In this document: in pieces, positions 27,350 through 41,227 of the stretch
Position numbering within the stretch: the first letter of the stretch is position 1
Layout of the letters: each line of letters begins with the position of its first letter
Origin: Chlorokybus atmophyticus
Lineage: Eukaryota; Plantae; Mesostigma and Chlorokybus algae
NCBI GenBank assembly: GCA_009103225.1
Contig: RHPI01002990.1
Location: 854,490-918,489, forward strand
DNA: 64,000 bases
Direction of reading: 5' to 3'
The notes under the pieces: generated by a model
Database searches by the model: none
What the model was told of the DNA's origin: nothing
The model's input: only the letters and a program-made list of their open reading frames with translations
Translations under genes and position numbers: made by a program

Positions 27350-28228
27350 ATCCAATGCAAGCATAGCCCCATTTGTCCTTTTGTATCATCTCCATCATAC
27401 AATCGCCAACGACAACGACAACAACAACAACAATTCCTACGATGATGATAACAATCCGTGATGAGGGCTTCACAAGCTACACGTTTGGTGGGCATCAAGT
27501 CGGGCACAGTGGTGGTGGGGACCTCATATTGAAGCACGGGTTTGCTACCTCGATACTCTTCAGCGTATCGAGGGGGTTCAGTCTCCTTTTCTTGCTTTGG
27601 ACTGACGAGCATAGCCCAAGTATTGATTGCAAACTATAATAGGTACCTACCACTACAAGCTGCAGAAGATCCACAAAAGCTGTAGCATGTCCTCATTAGC
27701 AGCATACGTGCGCACACAGCACAAGCGGTCAGCATAGGTGCGTGGGCAACAGGCGTGGGATGCGTGTCGAGCAGGGGCTACCGGCTTGACATAGCAGGTA
27801 CGGCACCTACTTAGTACCTTTTCATGAAACAGGCACGACTGCGTGTTAACTTCTTTCATCTAGCATGAATATGACACAACAAGGTTGTAAACAATGGCAG
27901 CAAAGTCGTATAAGAAACGGAAAGCCACATTCAGAATTAGCTGAGACATGCATAAACCTGCTTATAGCAATGGCCTGTAATGATGGCTAGGACAGTTAAG
28001 GACACGCCAGGATGGATCTCCTCCAAGACAAGGACTGTACTGCTCTGCACTCCATGCCAGTATAACCAGGCTCGTTTGCAGCAGTCAGAATGCTGCTGAT
28101 AAATCGATTGCACCAAACAAGTAGTGGTTTCAATACAAAGGTGTGGCGCAACCAAGTTAGCGGTTGAGAGAACAGTGCCGAGCACTGTTCTCTCAACCGC
28201 TACAGCTAATGCTTGCAACAAGGGGAGG

Positions 28229-31200
28229 TCAACAACTCCTTCGCGCCTTGGCAATGGCCAAATAAGGGTCCGTGGCAGCAGCCAACACGTCAGGGCGATC
28301 CTGCTGCTTGCTCGTCAAACACCGCCGGATGAATTCCTAAGACATCACGGTTGTTGTTACGCAAAGCCAACCCCACCAACCCATAGCATTATGCCGTCAC
28401 CACTATCTACTGAGCACCTTGCAAACAATAACTGTGGCAACACCAACAGTGATGGTTACAGTGTGTTAGTGCTTGACTGCTCAGCAAGGTCTCATTTACC
28501 TTTGCTTCATTTGACACAACTGGTTTGGGAGGAAACTCCACGCCGCGACTGCGAACGATGGTTTCTTCCCGCAAGATCTTTTCTTGGGATAGGTCGTGCC
28601 CAAATGGTCTTCGACCATACAGCATCTGATAGAGGATGACTCCAGCCGCCCACACATCCACCTGCCAAGGCATCCAAGTTCACAATCTCACGCTGCCGAA
28701 CACAGCTCTGCTTACATCCTGCATGACTGTGCATACCTTAGATGATATTCGCGGTGGCTTCCCACTCATCTCAAAGCACTCTGGCGGCAGATACCTGTCA
28801 ATAATACTCTTTAGCTACACAAGTATACTATCCACACAGTCTTATGTGCCTCAACCTGCTGCATGCCGTCACTGCCGGGCATAATCAATCTTACCAGTAA
28901 GTTCCAGCTCCCTGCGATGTGAGCTCCATGCTATCAATGCCGATTTCTTCCACAATCTTGCTTAACCCAAAGTCGGTGAGCTTTGCTCGTCCGTTAACAT
29001 CGAACAAGATGTTGCCAGGCTTGAGATCGTAGTGTATCACTCGGCGAGACGGGTCGTTCAGATAGGCCAGTGCTGAAAACACCTGAGATTCCAGCCAGAT
29101 GGACATCAGCTTCACGCCTGAGTCCAAACATGTGCTGTGTCATTGACAACACGCAAGACCATGCTTGCCTGCATTACGATGGTGCGCGCTTCACGTTCTG
29201 ACAGCATATGGTTGGCCTTCAGATGCGCATCCAAGTCATTACCTACATCAGCAAAGTGTCAGCCAGGGACCTCAGAAAGCTTTACAAAACCACTGATCAA
29301 GCACCGCCAACACACCTTCACAGTACTCCAGAACTGTGGCAAAGGTGTTGGTGTCAATCTCAAAGATGTCATGCAGGCGCACTATGCTTGGATGCTCCAA
29401 GTTGCGATGGATGTTGTACTCTCGCATAGCATGCCGCACGTAGCTCTGCTTCTTTGCTTCATTCCATTGCATATTCAGTTGATGAATCTTGCAGGCAACC
29501 TCTCGCAGGTCAACAAGATCGTAAGCCTGCGTTCAACAATGCAAGCAACATCGCGTTGGTGAGGACTCAATGGCCAGGGTGTGCAACAAGGGACAACAAC
29601 AGCAATAACCACCAGAGAGAGTGCACACCTTGTACACTTCACTGAATCCGCCCTTGCCAAGCAGATTCAACATCACATAACGCTTGTTCAGCACACAATA
29701 AGTGTTGAACCGTGAAGCATCCTCATCCCTGACTCGCTTCAACTCTCGTATGTGCTTGCTCTTTGCCGCGTCAAGCCTTTCTCTTTCTTTGAGCAAGTAG
29801 TCTTCTTCCTGATATGACAGTCATACTTAGTATCGTGTACACCATATACCAAAGATACTGTGACGGCACAATAGTCACAACTTACCTTTTTCAAGTTCGC
29901 TAGTTTAATTTTGTAAATCTCCTCTGCTATCTGCTGATCTTGGCCGGTCATTGCTCCGTTCTCGTCAACAGCTTCTCCATCTGCAAAGTTGGCTTGGTCA
30001 AAAGCCCTTAACAATAAGCGACAGCTGTTCACAAGTGTGGTTAAACGTGCTCACCTACAACAGTGGGAGGCTTCTTGAGCTGTTTGCGCAACCGTTCCAC
30101 TGCTTCGCGCTGTTGCGTGAGGGCTACCTGCGCAAGGGCGTCAAGTGCTGATACACGGTTTCTACAAAGCAGATGTGGTGTCAAGGAAGTTGGAGAAAAT
30201 CGTACACATAGCGACTACTGTACCTGTTTTGCATTCAGGTCAACAAATGATTGACCGTCTTCCCACACCTCTGACAGAACTGGCCCAGCTCTGGACATGG
30301 ACACACTGCCGATGAGCCTTGTTGTCAACAAAGTGTAAGAAAGGGTGCACGGTTGCTCACCTTTGCACACCAATAGTACCAAGCATGACTTGGTCCTGCC
30401 TGAGCTTCACTCGGCAGGCCATGCGCTCCTTCTTTGCCGCCTCAACGACCAAGTCCGCCAGCATTCGGCAAACCTGTTCGCACCCACCATAAGACACACC
30501 ACATGGGAGGATGTAATTGCCAAGCATGCCCAACAAAAACGCACACCTTCAACTCTCGGCACTGCTCACGCTCTGAGGCTTTCTGCAGCTCCTGCAAGTT
30601 ACAACAGCTGGTAAGCACCCTAATTGCAGACTCAACAAGGTTGCTGTGATTGATGGGCAGCATTATTGTTAATTTTGTCATACAGCTGCTGCCCTTGCGA
30701 GGTAATATAAAAGTAACTTCTTGCCACCAGATGGCATCTAAACACTTTTTAACTAGAACCGTACCGCAACAAGCTTCTGGTTCTGCTGCTCAGCCTCCTG
30801 CAGGGCCTCTTGAGCCCGTGTGCTTTGTTGCTGGGTAGCCTCCATTTGCGATCGCCATGATAGACGCTCTTGCTGAACAAGTACACAAGAGATTGATACG
30901 GTTTTCGTAATACAAGCAGTTCCGACACAAACGGCTTGCTCACAAACGGCGGGGGCTTACCTCAAAAGCCTGGCGCTGCTGCTCCAATGAGGCATGCGAC
31001 TTTTCCAGTGAGACCTGTCGTTGGCAAGTTAACAAGTAGTAAGCAAAGTTGAGATAAGCTGCATTCATGCATGGCAAGTATTGTGAAGTTCAATGACCGG
31101 GGCATAAGCATACCGTAGTTTGGCAACCCTTGGCCGTGCTTGGTGCGCAAATGCGCGTGGTGATAGATGCAACTCGCACATCTGTTTCCGTGGAGTGCCG

Positions 31201-32514
31201 TGATTCCTCATTCAACTGCATGCAGCATATAAACAGCCTTCAGAAATGGTTGAACACCTTACAATGTTGCACACTGCGCTTACCATGCAACCAATTACCT
31301 GTGCACTGAGCCTTGCTTTTCGACTTCTGGTCAGCCGAGCATCCCCGCTATCGTCATGCTGGATGCCAACGCTTGGAGGCGTGCTCAAAACACCATCCCG
31401 TAGCAAACGCTTGTAGCGGCGCTTCAATGCTGCCGGCGTTCTTTCTGGCAAGCACGACGATGACACTACATCCCAGTTTTGTCCATTATTTCGCACGCCC
31501 TGCGCACATTATTACAACTACTTGATTGCCAGTCAATGTGCGGACACGCAACTTGGCACATTCAGTGCTTCAATGCGAACCTCAAGCAATAGGCAATCCT
31601 CTTCCTTGCTGAATGTACGTTTGCTCATTGTCCTCTTTGTGCCTCGCTGGGCATTATGTGCCATATGAAAAGCCGCGCCGCTATCCTGCACGGTCTTGCT
31701 GTGATCAGGCCAGCGTACATGGGCAGTGCTCACCAATCCACACGCAACCAACGTGCTCGGTGATAACACTGCAGTCTAGGACATCTGATGCGTGCCAGTT
31801 CGGGCAACATGCAACAAATGTTGCCCGAACGGTTTACTGTTTCTTATCATGATGAACCACGACGTACGACCACAATCGAGGCTTTCAAATGAACCTGAAG
31901 TGACCACAGTGCTGCAGCTCGCTGCGACCAGCAGCTGACAGCAACCGCTTATAATTCATGCTATAGTCTTGCAGTACCATTGGACAACTGGCATGCTTGC
32001 ATCGCTAGACTGCAGCATCGCTGTGGTGACCAGCTCTCGCCATCGGCGTCCGTGCGCATTGCATGTATGCTTAAAGTAAGTACAACAAGCTCCAATTGTC
32101 CTCATTTTGCATGCGCTGTTCACACTATTGTTTGGTACCCCACCCCGCAACGAAGCGGTGGTAGGGCTTGAGAAGGATGAAACACATAGCTTAGGCTATC
32201 AGCAACCCGTGCGCCCATGTGACCTTGACTGTTCCAATTACCAACCACTTCCACAGCTTCAATTCGCCACAATTATAATGCTGTACTAACACCATTAGGG
32301 TTTGAGAGCAAAGTGCAAACGACAAGCTTACATCGTCGGAGTCGGAGGTGGACGGCAGCTCGTCGTCAGCCAAATCAGGGAGGACGAGGCCACTGGCGTC
32401 GGGAGCAGCAGCCGTCTGGGCCCCAGTCAGCCTGGCCTCCAGCAGGCGCAGGCGCTCGGAGGCGCCATTAGAGTTGGCGCTGTTGGACAGCTGGAGCATG
32501 AGCGCCTCCGCCAT
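28229..32514 (-). CDS. TSL: TOUSLED-like Ser/Thr kinase with an internal Myb/SANT domain
   Basis: Plant TSL-type N-terminus [31 protein letters not shown]; coiled-coil exons ([31 protein letters not shown]); kinase motifs [86 protein letters not shown]; ends EFIRRCLT...ARRSC*. Confidence 0.95.
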
Positions 32515-33590
32515 CGGGAGGAACGCCAATACAACTGCTGCAGCACAGCAACACAACCAACACGACCCCGAAAGAAACTTCAATCAGCTGAGAGCTCACA
32601 TCATGCCACACCCACAAGTTCAACAACGACAACGACCACCTCGCCCACAACCAGCACGCTGCCCTCCACCCGCCTACCACCCGCCGGATGCAGCACAGCG
32701 CTGCTGCTGTGCACACTTGTGTGCGCAAGCAAGCGGCAGGCGCCGAATTACGTGAATACGAACGCAGCAACCTGAATTGGCCGACCCGGGAAAACCCGCG
32801 AGACCCCGCCAAAAAAGCGAGTTGCGAAGCATTTGGGTGGTTGCGCAACATGACCTGAGGTCATTGACCCACACGTGTGCATGCAGAATGTGAAATGTAT
32901 ACCTACATCCAACCAGGGGTGCAGCTAAGGATCTGAACCTCAAGCCATTGGCTGTTTTGTGAGTAGGGTCGCATAAGTCCGAGCCACTTGATGGCTAATT
33001 CAGTTGAAAACTTGAACGCACCTACCAATATGTTTATGCATGTGTAGTTTTAGCAGCAATGCATGCAATGTGCTTATCTGAATATGCAAGTCAGCAAGCG
33101 AGCAACAATGTTTTTAGATTACGTGACATAAAGCTCACAACTTGCAATGCAGCTAGTCTAAGCGCTAACATGGCGTGTATCCTTATTGAGTTAGACCTTT
33201 GAGGCAGCCTTGTAGTTGAATTCGTCATGCGCGTAGCCGCTACGCGTTGCGCGCACACAGATTTTAAGATGCGGCTCCACGAGGCTATTGCTTGGCCTGT
33301 TTTTAATAATATTCATTGTTCAGAAGAAAGACGCTCGTTATGAACGCTACCTATTGGAAGCACTAGCATGATGCGAGCTAATATCAGATATTCGATGATG
33401 CGATCAGCTTGCAACACATTGCTAACCAACTGCTGCCAAAAGTTGAACGCCACCGCCAGGCGAGCCGCCGACTCCATCACCTGAGCAAAAGAATGCTATT
33501 GCGCATCAGTTGGTTGCACATCCACCAACGCAGAGACTGTGCGGGCGCCTGCATGAGTGTTTAGGACATGCTCTACTCTGTAGCAGAGAG

Positions 33591-33636
<46 letters not shown>

Positions 33637-35020
33637 TCCCGCACAAATGCTCCAATATAATATTAGAAGCAGGCATGCTTGCTAAGAAGCTTCGCCGTGG
33701 CAAAGCATTGCAGCAACTTGACGGATGGAAAGCGTGTTTTTAAGTTGCGCATCAGCTCAGCCGCTTGCTTCGCTTGCTTCCTTGCAGCGTCCAGGACCTT
33801 ATCAAAGGACACAGGTGACAGCATGCTTGTCATCATGCAATACGGGCCGTATTACATGACACAGCCTGCCTGACAAGAGCAAGAAGACAACTACTAGTCC
33901 ATGTTTACTGCGTCCTCATGACTTCGGTATGTGTAAGCTCAATTGATGATCTCTTGCTTGCAGACAAATGGTATTAAGCGGAGAGGTGATGACCTTGATT
34001 GTGCCCGCCTCCTCAACACTGGCATCAATGGCAGACGTGCATGTAGCACAGCATATGAGCTCTCCAATGAGAGAAACATCTATACTTACAAGCTTGCGAC
34101 AAAGCACTTACTTGCTCAAAATGAGGCGATTAAATAAACTTTGAAAGCCTCTAGCTGCAGCGGATGATCAAACATGTAATAAGTTTAAATAGCGTGCGTG
34201 TCAGTATCATTCATCACTCACCCTTCATGCGGAGTAAATGAATGGTTTTATGACCTCGTGCTGCGGTAAGTTATAAAGAGAGTTGATTGATAAAACTTTT
34301 TGAGAAAAAGGTCTATTATAAGAGAAGATCTTTTGTTTCAAGGTGATTAATAGAGATTATGAACAATAACAACAACCATAGCCCATTGCTTCTGGCAGTA
34401 GCAACGGGCTGGCCCAGGTCCCAATCAGTAAACAATACAAAACAACACGCAAGCACACGCAAACACGAAGGCAAAAAGGCAGGCAAAGGCTGAGGCAGGC
34501 AGGCACGCACGGGCAATGGTGAAGATGACTGATACACAAGCGCCATGCGTTAGCAACTGCGAAGCGTGGGCAATGCTGACTGTGGCAATGCTGAGTTTTA
34601 TGTTGCTGACGCTGCAATCGGCTGCAAGGCACTCACAACCTTCTGAAATGGCTGCCAACGGTCTGAAATTAGGTTAGGCATAGGCAATGCAACAATGACC
34701 AAAGAATAGCGGGCAATCATGCTCCCCACAATGTGCCCACCTTCGATGCACGTATGCTTGTGTAATGCATTACATGTGTTTTGTAATACAATGTGCATTG
34801 CTTTATGGCACAAGAGTGCCTGACTTCAACACCTGCCACGCTTTTAGTGGTAAGTTTGCGTGAACAAAGCACTTTCAGATGCTGGCTAAAGTGCAATAAG
34901 TACAACAACCACTTTTGCCTTGTTAGCAGCAGCTGCCTTGTGGTGCTTAATAAGCAAACATCTATAATGCACTCGTTCTAGTCACAAATCTGCACTTCGC
35001 GGGATGGAGACCTGCGGCCG

Positions 35021-35155
35021 GAGAGAGAGAGCGAGCGAGAGAGCGCGAGAGAGCGAGAGCGAGCGAGGGAGCGAGAGCGAGAGCGAGAGCGAGAGCGAGA
35101 GCGAGAGCGAGAGCGAGAGCGAGAGCGAGAGCGAGAGCGAGAGCGAGAGCGAGAG
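35021..35155. repeat. (GA)n/(GAGAGC)n compound microsatellite next to an N gap (35156-35717)
   Basis: Tandem GAGAGC units run into the gap; (GA)n resumes after it. Confidence 0.9.
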
Positions 35156-35716
35156 NNNNNNNNNNNNNNNNNNNNNNNNNNNNNNNNNNNNNNNNNNNNN
35201 NNNNNNNNNNNNNNNNNNNNNNNNNNNNNNNNNNNNNNNNNNNNNNNNNNNNNNNNNNNNNNNNNNNNNNNNNNNNNNNNNNNNNNNNNNNNNNNNNNNN
35301 NNNNNNNNNNNNNNNNNNNNNNNNNNNNNNNNNNNNNNNNNNNNNNNNNNNNNNNNNNNNNNNNNNNNNNNNNNNNNNNNNNNNNNNNNNNNNNNNNNNN
35401 NNNNNNNNNNNNNNNNNNNNNNNNNNNNNNNNNNNNNNNNNNNNNNNNNNNNNNNNNNNNNNNNNNNNNNNNNNNNNNNNNNNNNNNNNNNNNNNNNNNN
35501 NNNNNNNNNNNNNNNNNNNNNNNNNNNNNNNNNNNNNNNNNNNNNNNNNNNNNNNNNNNNNNNNNNNNNNNNNNNNNNNNNNNNNNNNNNNNNNNNNNNN
35601 NNNNNNNNNNNNNNNNNNNNNNNNNNNNNNNNNNNNNNNNNNNNNNNNNNNNNNNNNNNNNNNNNNNNNNNNNNNNNNNNNNNNNNNNNNNNNNNNNNNN
35701 NNNNNNNNNNNNNNNN

Positions 35717-35756
<40 letters not shown>

Positions 35757-35855
35757 TAGTGTGAATGCAATCACAATGATTATAAATGCAAACAAACACT
35801 TGGCAAAGATGGAAGCCGCCACCATGCTTGCTTCAATTCCAGGTCCCAGATGCAA

Positions 35856-38800
35856 CTAGCTGGACGATTGACGACGAGCACTATAAATCCTGAATGCAAT
35901 GATGCCGACAGCGGCAACCGCAACGGCTCCTGTGGCATATGCGGCAGTGACACGTAATCGGTGTTTTCTTTCGTGCAAGGCTCTGCTTGCTTCAGAAACG
36001 GCTATTGAGCCTTGAGGTTCGGTTGCAACCGCCGCGACCTGCTTGTAGACCTCTGCAGTGTCACCTGATCTCAATGATAACGACAGCGGTGGTGGAAGCA
36101 TTAATGATGCGCAAAACTGCTGCGACTCCTGCAAAGGCTCTGGAGGAGTGCCCAGATCGTCCTTTGTAGCCAGGACTATGCACGGCACTTGTGCGCCACT
36201 ATCAGCTACCATGCTAAGCAGCGCTGCTGTTGAGTCGAAGGAAGACATGGAGGAGCTGTCAAACAAAAATGCAGCAACATCGCAATGCGCGAGCGCGTCT
36301 GCAGAGCTTGCAAGGTCCTCAGCCTGCCCAGCTGGTACTTCTCTCATCACCAGAGTCTTCTGGCCATCCTCCTCTGTTCGCACTTGGTTTGCAACAACCC
36401 GCTCCAACCCACTGCTACTGGGTTTCTCATTGAACGCTGCAGCAACAGACAACATGAGGACATGAAACCGATGACTGACCTTAAAGCAATGTGTGAGCCA
36501 ATCAGGTCTGCGCTACCAAAAGCAATGTACAGGACAGCTGCGAGTGATACGATACAAGTCTTGTCAAGGGGTTGCACCTCACCTCTTCCAATCAACCCAT
36601 CCAAGAGCGCGCTTTTTCCAGATGCTGCAGGCCCAAACACATAACAGTAGATAACCTCACGTGCACGGGCGCGGCGCTTCTTGTCTACACGTCGCTTGAC
36701 CGGTCGCAACAACACACTTGGATCGCCCGTATAGCAGAGGTACTGGAAGTAGGTCAGTGTAATTATGGGATCCAGGATTGCAGTCATGGCCCAGTATGAT
36801 AGCCAGCCACTGAAGGTGAGTGCACCAGCACTGGTTTCCACGACTGAGGCCCAATCTTGACCTTCCATCGGAGAGCAAGGAGCAGTGGAGAATACATCTT
36901 CCAACTCGCTGCTGTTCAGGGCGCCATCTCTATCACGATCGAAGTCTTCAAAAGCTTTCTTCAGAAACTCATTGGCTTCGCTGGAGAGCTCAAGTACTTG
37001 GTCGGAAGAGTGCCTAGGCAGTGAGGATTGCACCAGCTCTGGCCTCAAGTGCAGTTCATTGTTGTACCCAAACTTGCGAAGGACCTGCAGTAGTCAGCAT
37101 GGCAGGTGAGGTCGCATAAAGTTGATAGCTGTGAGACAGCTGCGCACTGCTGAGGATGTGCAGGCCAGCCTGCTGATGACGTCGTCATGCTCACCTGCCA
37201 GGTTGTTTCAATGCGCCCTCTCTCAATGAACAACGCATGAAGTAGCAAGAACCCGGGAAGAGCAAGACCGCGCTCTGTGACTGCTCCAGATGGCATCTTT
37301 TCTGCCACAACACGCTTCACACCATCCAGCTCGTCTGGTTGCAATGGTGCGTCAAAGCAGATCATCTGAAACTCGTTCAACTCTGCATCACTCAGCACTT
37401 CGTCATGGTCACGGTCACATAGAGTAAATATACGCTTCAAAGCCTTCACACAAGCTGGGTGCAATGCGCTCTGCTGTACATCAAAAAGAGGCGCCACTGG
37501 ATGAAGGACCGCCTGCAGCACAGGTCAGGTAAGCATACTGGAGCAACAACTGACTGGTCTACAAGCAAGTAGGCATACAATTTATCTCGACAATTGGCAA
37601 CTTGTGTCACTTGATTGGCCTGGACTGAACAGTTGACAGTACCACGAAATGCTTCATATAGCTCACATGACCAAGGAGGTCAACTGGGCAAACACCATCG
37701 GTTGACGGCAGGCAAGCACATACCTTTTGTGCATAGTAGAACGGTTCCACCGTGTGCCTCAACTCGCGCGCAGAGCAGGCAAGCGTGGTGTCAATCTGTC
37801 TCCATTCGTCCATGACTGGCCCAACAGTCCGCTCTAAACTACCTTGCGGGTCTGGGGTCAGGTCATGCTTGCAGGCCACCAGAATGACTGGAGCGGTGAT
37901 GCTTAATCGCCGCAGTTCCAGCATCCAATGCGTGCCAATGCGCACCAGTGTCTCTGGCCGGTCTATTGCATAGCAGACAATAACGGCGTCTGCTAACTGC
38001 AACTCTTGCTCGAGCTGTGCTTGATCTTCCCGCCTACTTGACGTATCAACAACCAAAAGCGGCATCCGCTCGGTCATCGTCTCTGCTGACAATCGGGTGT
38101 ACGGCAGCACCTATAACATTGACTGATGAGTGCATGTGTTCATGAAACCGACACTGAAAAGAATGGGTGATGTCGAGAACTGCTGTCTGAAGTTTCTTGT
38201 CAATTCATGCATGCACCGTTACTGATGTCTGCAACAGGGATGCAGCCAACACGGCCGTGCAACGCATGCTGACTTACAACATTGCTGAGCTAACAAGCAT
38301 GAACTGCAAACAGCTTACGTGTGGCAATCGAAGTAAGCTGACCATGAAGCTCACTACGTACTGATGTGCTGCTGACCCTAGTTGGGTACATACCTAAGCC
38401 TGGTAAACATTGAGACGGCCTTACAAACACACAGCAAAACTTCCAGAGCGATGACAGAACATGACTGCATGGCGTAAACCAATTTGCTGTACGCTGTGAA
38501 AGAGCTGACTCACGGAGGACGCAGGCTTGATGATGTCAGTGACGTGCTGCATATGCGTAAGCCAATGCGGAGCAATGGCAGCAGACGTGTGTTAGTATGA
38601 AACCGGACGCTGCCTGTTATACAACAAAGAAATAATATCTGGCGGCGCAGAAATCACCTGACTGGTTAACTCTTCTGCTACCCAAGTGGACTTGACTAGG
38701 GATGGGTGTGCATACAGCCACGTGTGAGGTGCTGCTAAAATTAGGGTTTTAACCACCTCCTGCATCATACCGGTGGCGGGTTGTCTGGGAAAGAGTCAGT

Positions 38801-38911
38801 GGCAGCCGCAACAATCAAGGAGGTCTTCCCAACGCCTTCATCACCAATGACGACAACGCGAACAGTTTGGTCCTCCCCTGCTCCGGAGGACGACGAGGAG
38901 GACGACGCCAT
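35856..38911 (-). CDS. MIRO1: Mitochondrial Rho GTPase (GTPase, EF-hands, second GTPase, C-terminal TM anchor)
   Basis: VRVVVIGDEGVGKTSLIVAAATDSFPDNPPPVLP; PVILVACKHDL; ALKRIFTLCDRDHDEVLSDAELNEFQMICF; FDRDRDGALNSSEL; CYVFGPAASGKSALL; C-terminal TM ATGAVAVAAVGIIAFRIYSARRQSSS*. Confidence 0.96.
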
Positions 38912-39297
38912 GCGGACTAGCTGTCAACAACAACCGTGACAACCGCTGGGACAAGCAGCAAATCCGCCACCAGCTGACAGGAGATGTCTTTTCACCAGCA
39001 AGCCGAACCTAGAGTTCTCCCTGCCTCTGCTCCAGCCCGCAATCCACCCTCGGCCAGGCGGCCACCTCCCCCGCCACCAGCGCCGCCGCCGCCGCCGCCG
39101 CGGTGGACACTGCCTGCATGCATGTGACAGCAGCGAGGTAGAAGCTGTTTGCGAGCCAACAATAGCGACGTTTGCTTGGCCGCAACCCGCAGTGATCTCG
39201 GCTTCCGATGTGATTGGTAACTTTGGCTTCTACTGCCACCAACAGCAGCGACGTGTCAAGTATAGCTGTGCTCGTGATTGTGCTTGTGCTTGCGGCG

Positions 39298-40956
39298 ATG
39301 GCAACGACGGCGCGAGGCGGGCGAGGACGCTCATCGACATCAGCGCTTGCCAAGGCTTACTTGTTTCTGTACAACGCGGTTCAAGCGGCTGGATGGTGAG
39401 TGCTGCATTGCATGCTTGCTGCGAGCGGTGATTTGTGGGTGTGGACACACGAGCTTGAGCTGACTTACACATACACATATACATGCAGGGCGTATGCACT
39501 AGTGCTGCTGGTGACGGAGCTGCTGTCGTCTCGGTCGCATTACGGCACGTACGCAGCGGCTGGTGGTGTTATAAGTAAGGTGGCGAGGCAGCAAGTGCTT
39601 GCCAAGATGATTGCAAGTGCTTGGCTATGATGCAAGCTGAGCATGAAAAGCGCCATTTTTTTGTTCATTATCCCCGACAACGTGCATGTTTTACCAACAC
39701 TTGTACCGACAGCCTTCTACTCTTGCCTGCTTGCAAGAGTTCGTGAATGCATAGCACTCGACATAGCATGCGTCTGCACAACAATACACTGATCACCCTT
39801 TGTGCTGGCAGATGCGTTTCAGCTTGCAGCTTTTCTCGAAGTGATCCATGCCGCGTTAGGTGAGTTGGTTGCTTGCTGTTGACCAGTAACTTTAACCACA
39901 ATAGTGTTGAGGCTGGCATGCTGGTTAGTCACTTCAAGTCTGCACAGTCAGTCGTACTGGGTAACCGTAACGGTAAGCTGGCAATGCAGGTCTTGTAAGG
40001 AGTAACCCTGCATTAGTATTTCTTCAATGGCTTGGCCGCAGCCACGTGCTATTTGCGTGCGTGTACAGTGTTGATGAGGTACGTAGTGCATGTCTGCATT
40101 GTTGCATATGACAAAGCCAGATTGTCAACACTTTAAGCCTGTAGGGTATATAGCGAACTGGCAGTGGTGCATACAGTCTTGTTGAGATCGTCAATCGGCT
40201 AAGAAGCCACACAACTGTATGCCTTCTCACTCCAGGTTAAGGTATCCCCGGCCTTGCCAGTGATGTTCGCTGCGTGGGCACTTACAGAGGTGGGCACTCG
40301 TGAGCAGTCTGCACGACTCAGTTACTGCCTGCGCTGCTGCTTACTGGTCACATGATTCCAGGTAGTGCGTTACCCTCAATATGCGCTTTCCACCATAGGT
40401 GCATCACCAGCCTGGCTAGATCAATTGAGGTAGGTCAGCCGGTCAGCTGTTGGTCTGACGAAGGATTGGTGGCTTCTTATGACAAGGATATGTTGTTTGG
40501 TTTTCAGGTATACCATATTCATTCCACTTTATCCCATCGGCGTGTTATCCGAAGGTAAGTGGGTTGTTACTAAACTCAGCCTGTTTTTTGAGTTTCAGGG
40601 CTGAACACATGCATATCACTGAGCTTGCATGTTATATACCTGTTTCTGACTGTGTCTTGCTTGCCAGTTGCACTGCTATATCAGGCCATTCCTTACGTGG
40701 CAAGGCGACAAATCCATTACTACAATACTCAACTTGCTGGCACGACACTCAACTTTCAGTATGACAAGTTCATCAAGGTAACAGACACTCAACACCGCAA
40801 TTGTGTGCACCGTATGCTTCAGCACTTGCTCTCAAAAATGACTTGTTTCTTTGACCGCAGCTGCTGCTTGTTCCCTATTTCCCGGCTTGGGCCGTGCTGT
40901 ATGTGCACATGTTCAAGCAGAGAGCATCCAAGCTGCGACGCAGCAAACGAGAGTAG
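39298..40956 (+). CDS. PAS2: Very-long-chain 3-hydroxyacyl-CoA dehydratase (PTPLA/HACD family)
   Basis: KAYLFLYNAVQAAGW; FQLAAFLEVIHAALGLVRSNP; AWALTEVVRYPQY; LRYTIFIPLYPIGVLSE; LYVHMFKQRASKLRRSKRE*. Confidence 0.9.
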
Positions 40957-41227
40957 ACGAATACATGGGAGCTTAGGGGGAGACATTTTTGGCGTAGCTA
41001 CATCACTGTTATGTGCGCACAGGAACCAGTAGGATATATCAACTATGCGAGTTGTAGAAGCACAGAACCACAGTTCTGTGTTTGGCACAGCACCAAGGTG
41101 CTATGTTTTGCACAGTACGAGGGTACTTGCCAAGGCAGTCTTGTCTGCAGTGCGCCAAAACTGAGGCAATCCGTGCAAAGCTGCTTGACCAACGTGATTG
41201 CACGTATGTTGGTGCATGTCATCCCAC

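Noticed and set aside
26589-27612. Long ORFs spanning N gaps (also 34962-35855)
   Set aside because: They are open only because N codons contain no stops.
33591-33632. ERERER-containing ORF
   Set aside because: Short (GA)n microsatellite in intergenic DNA, with no coding support.
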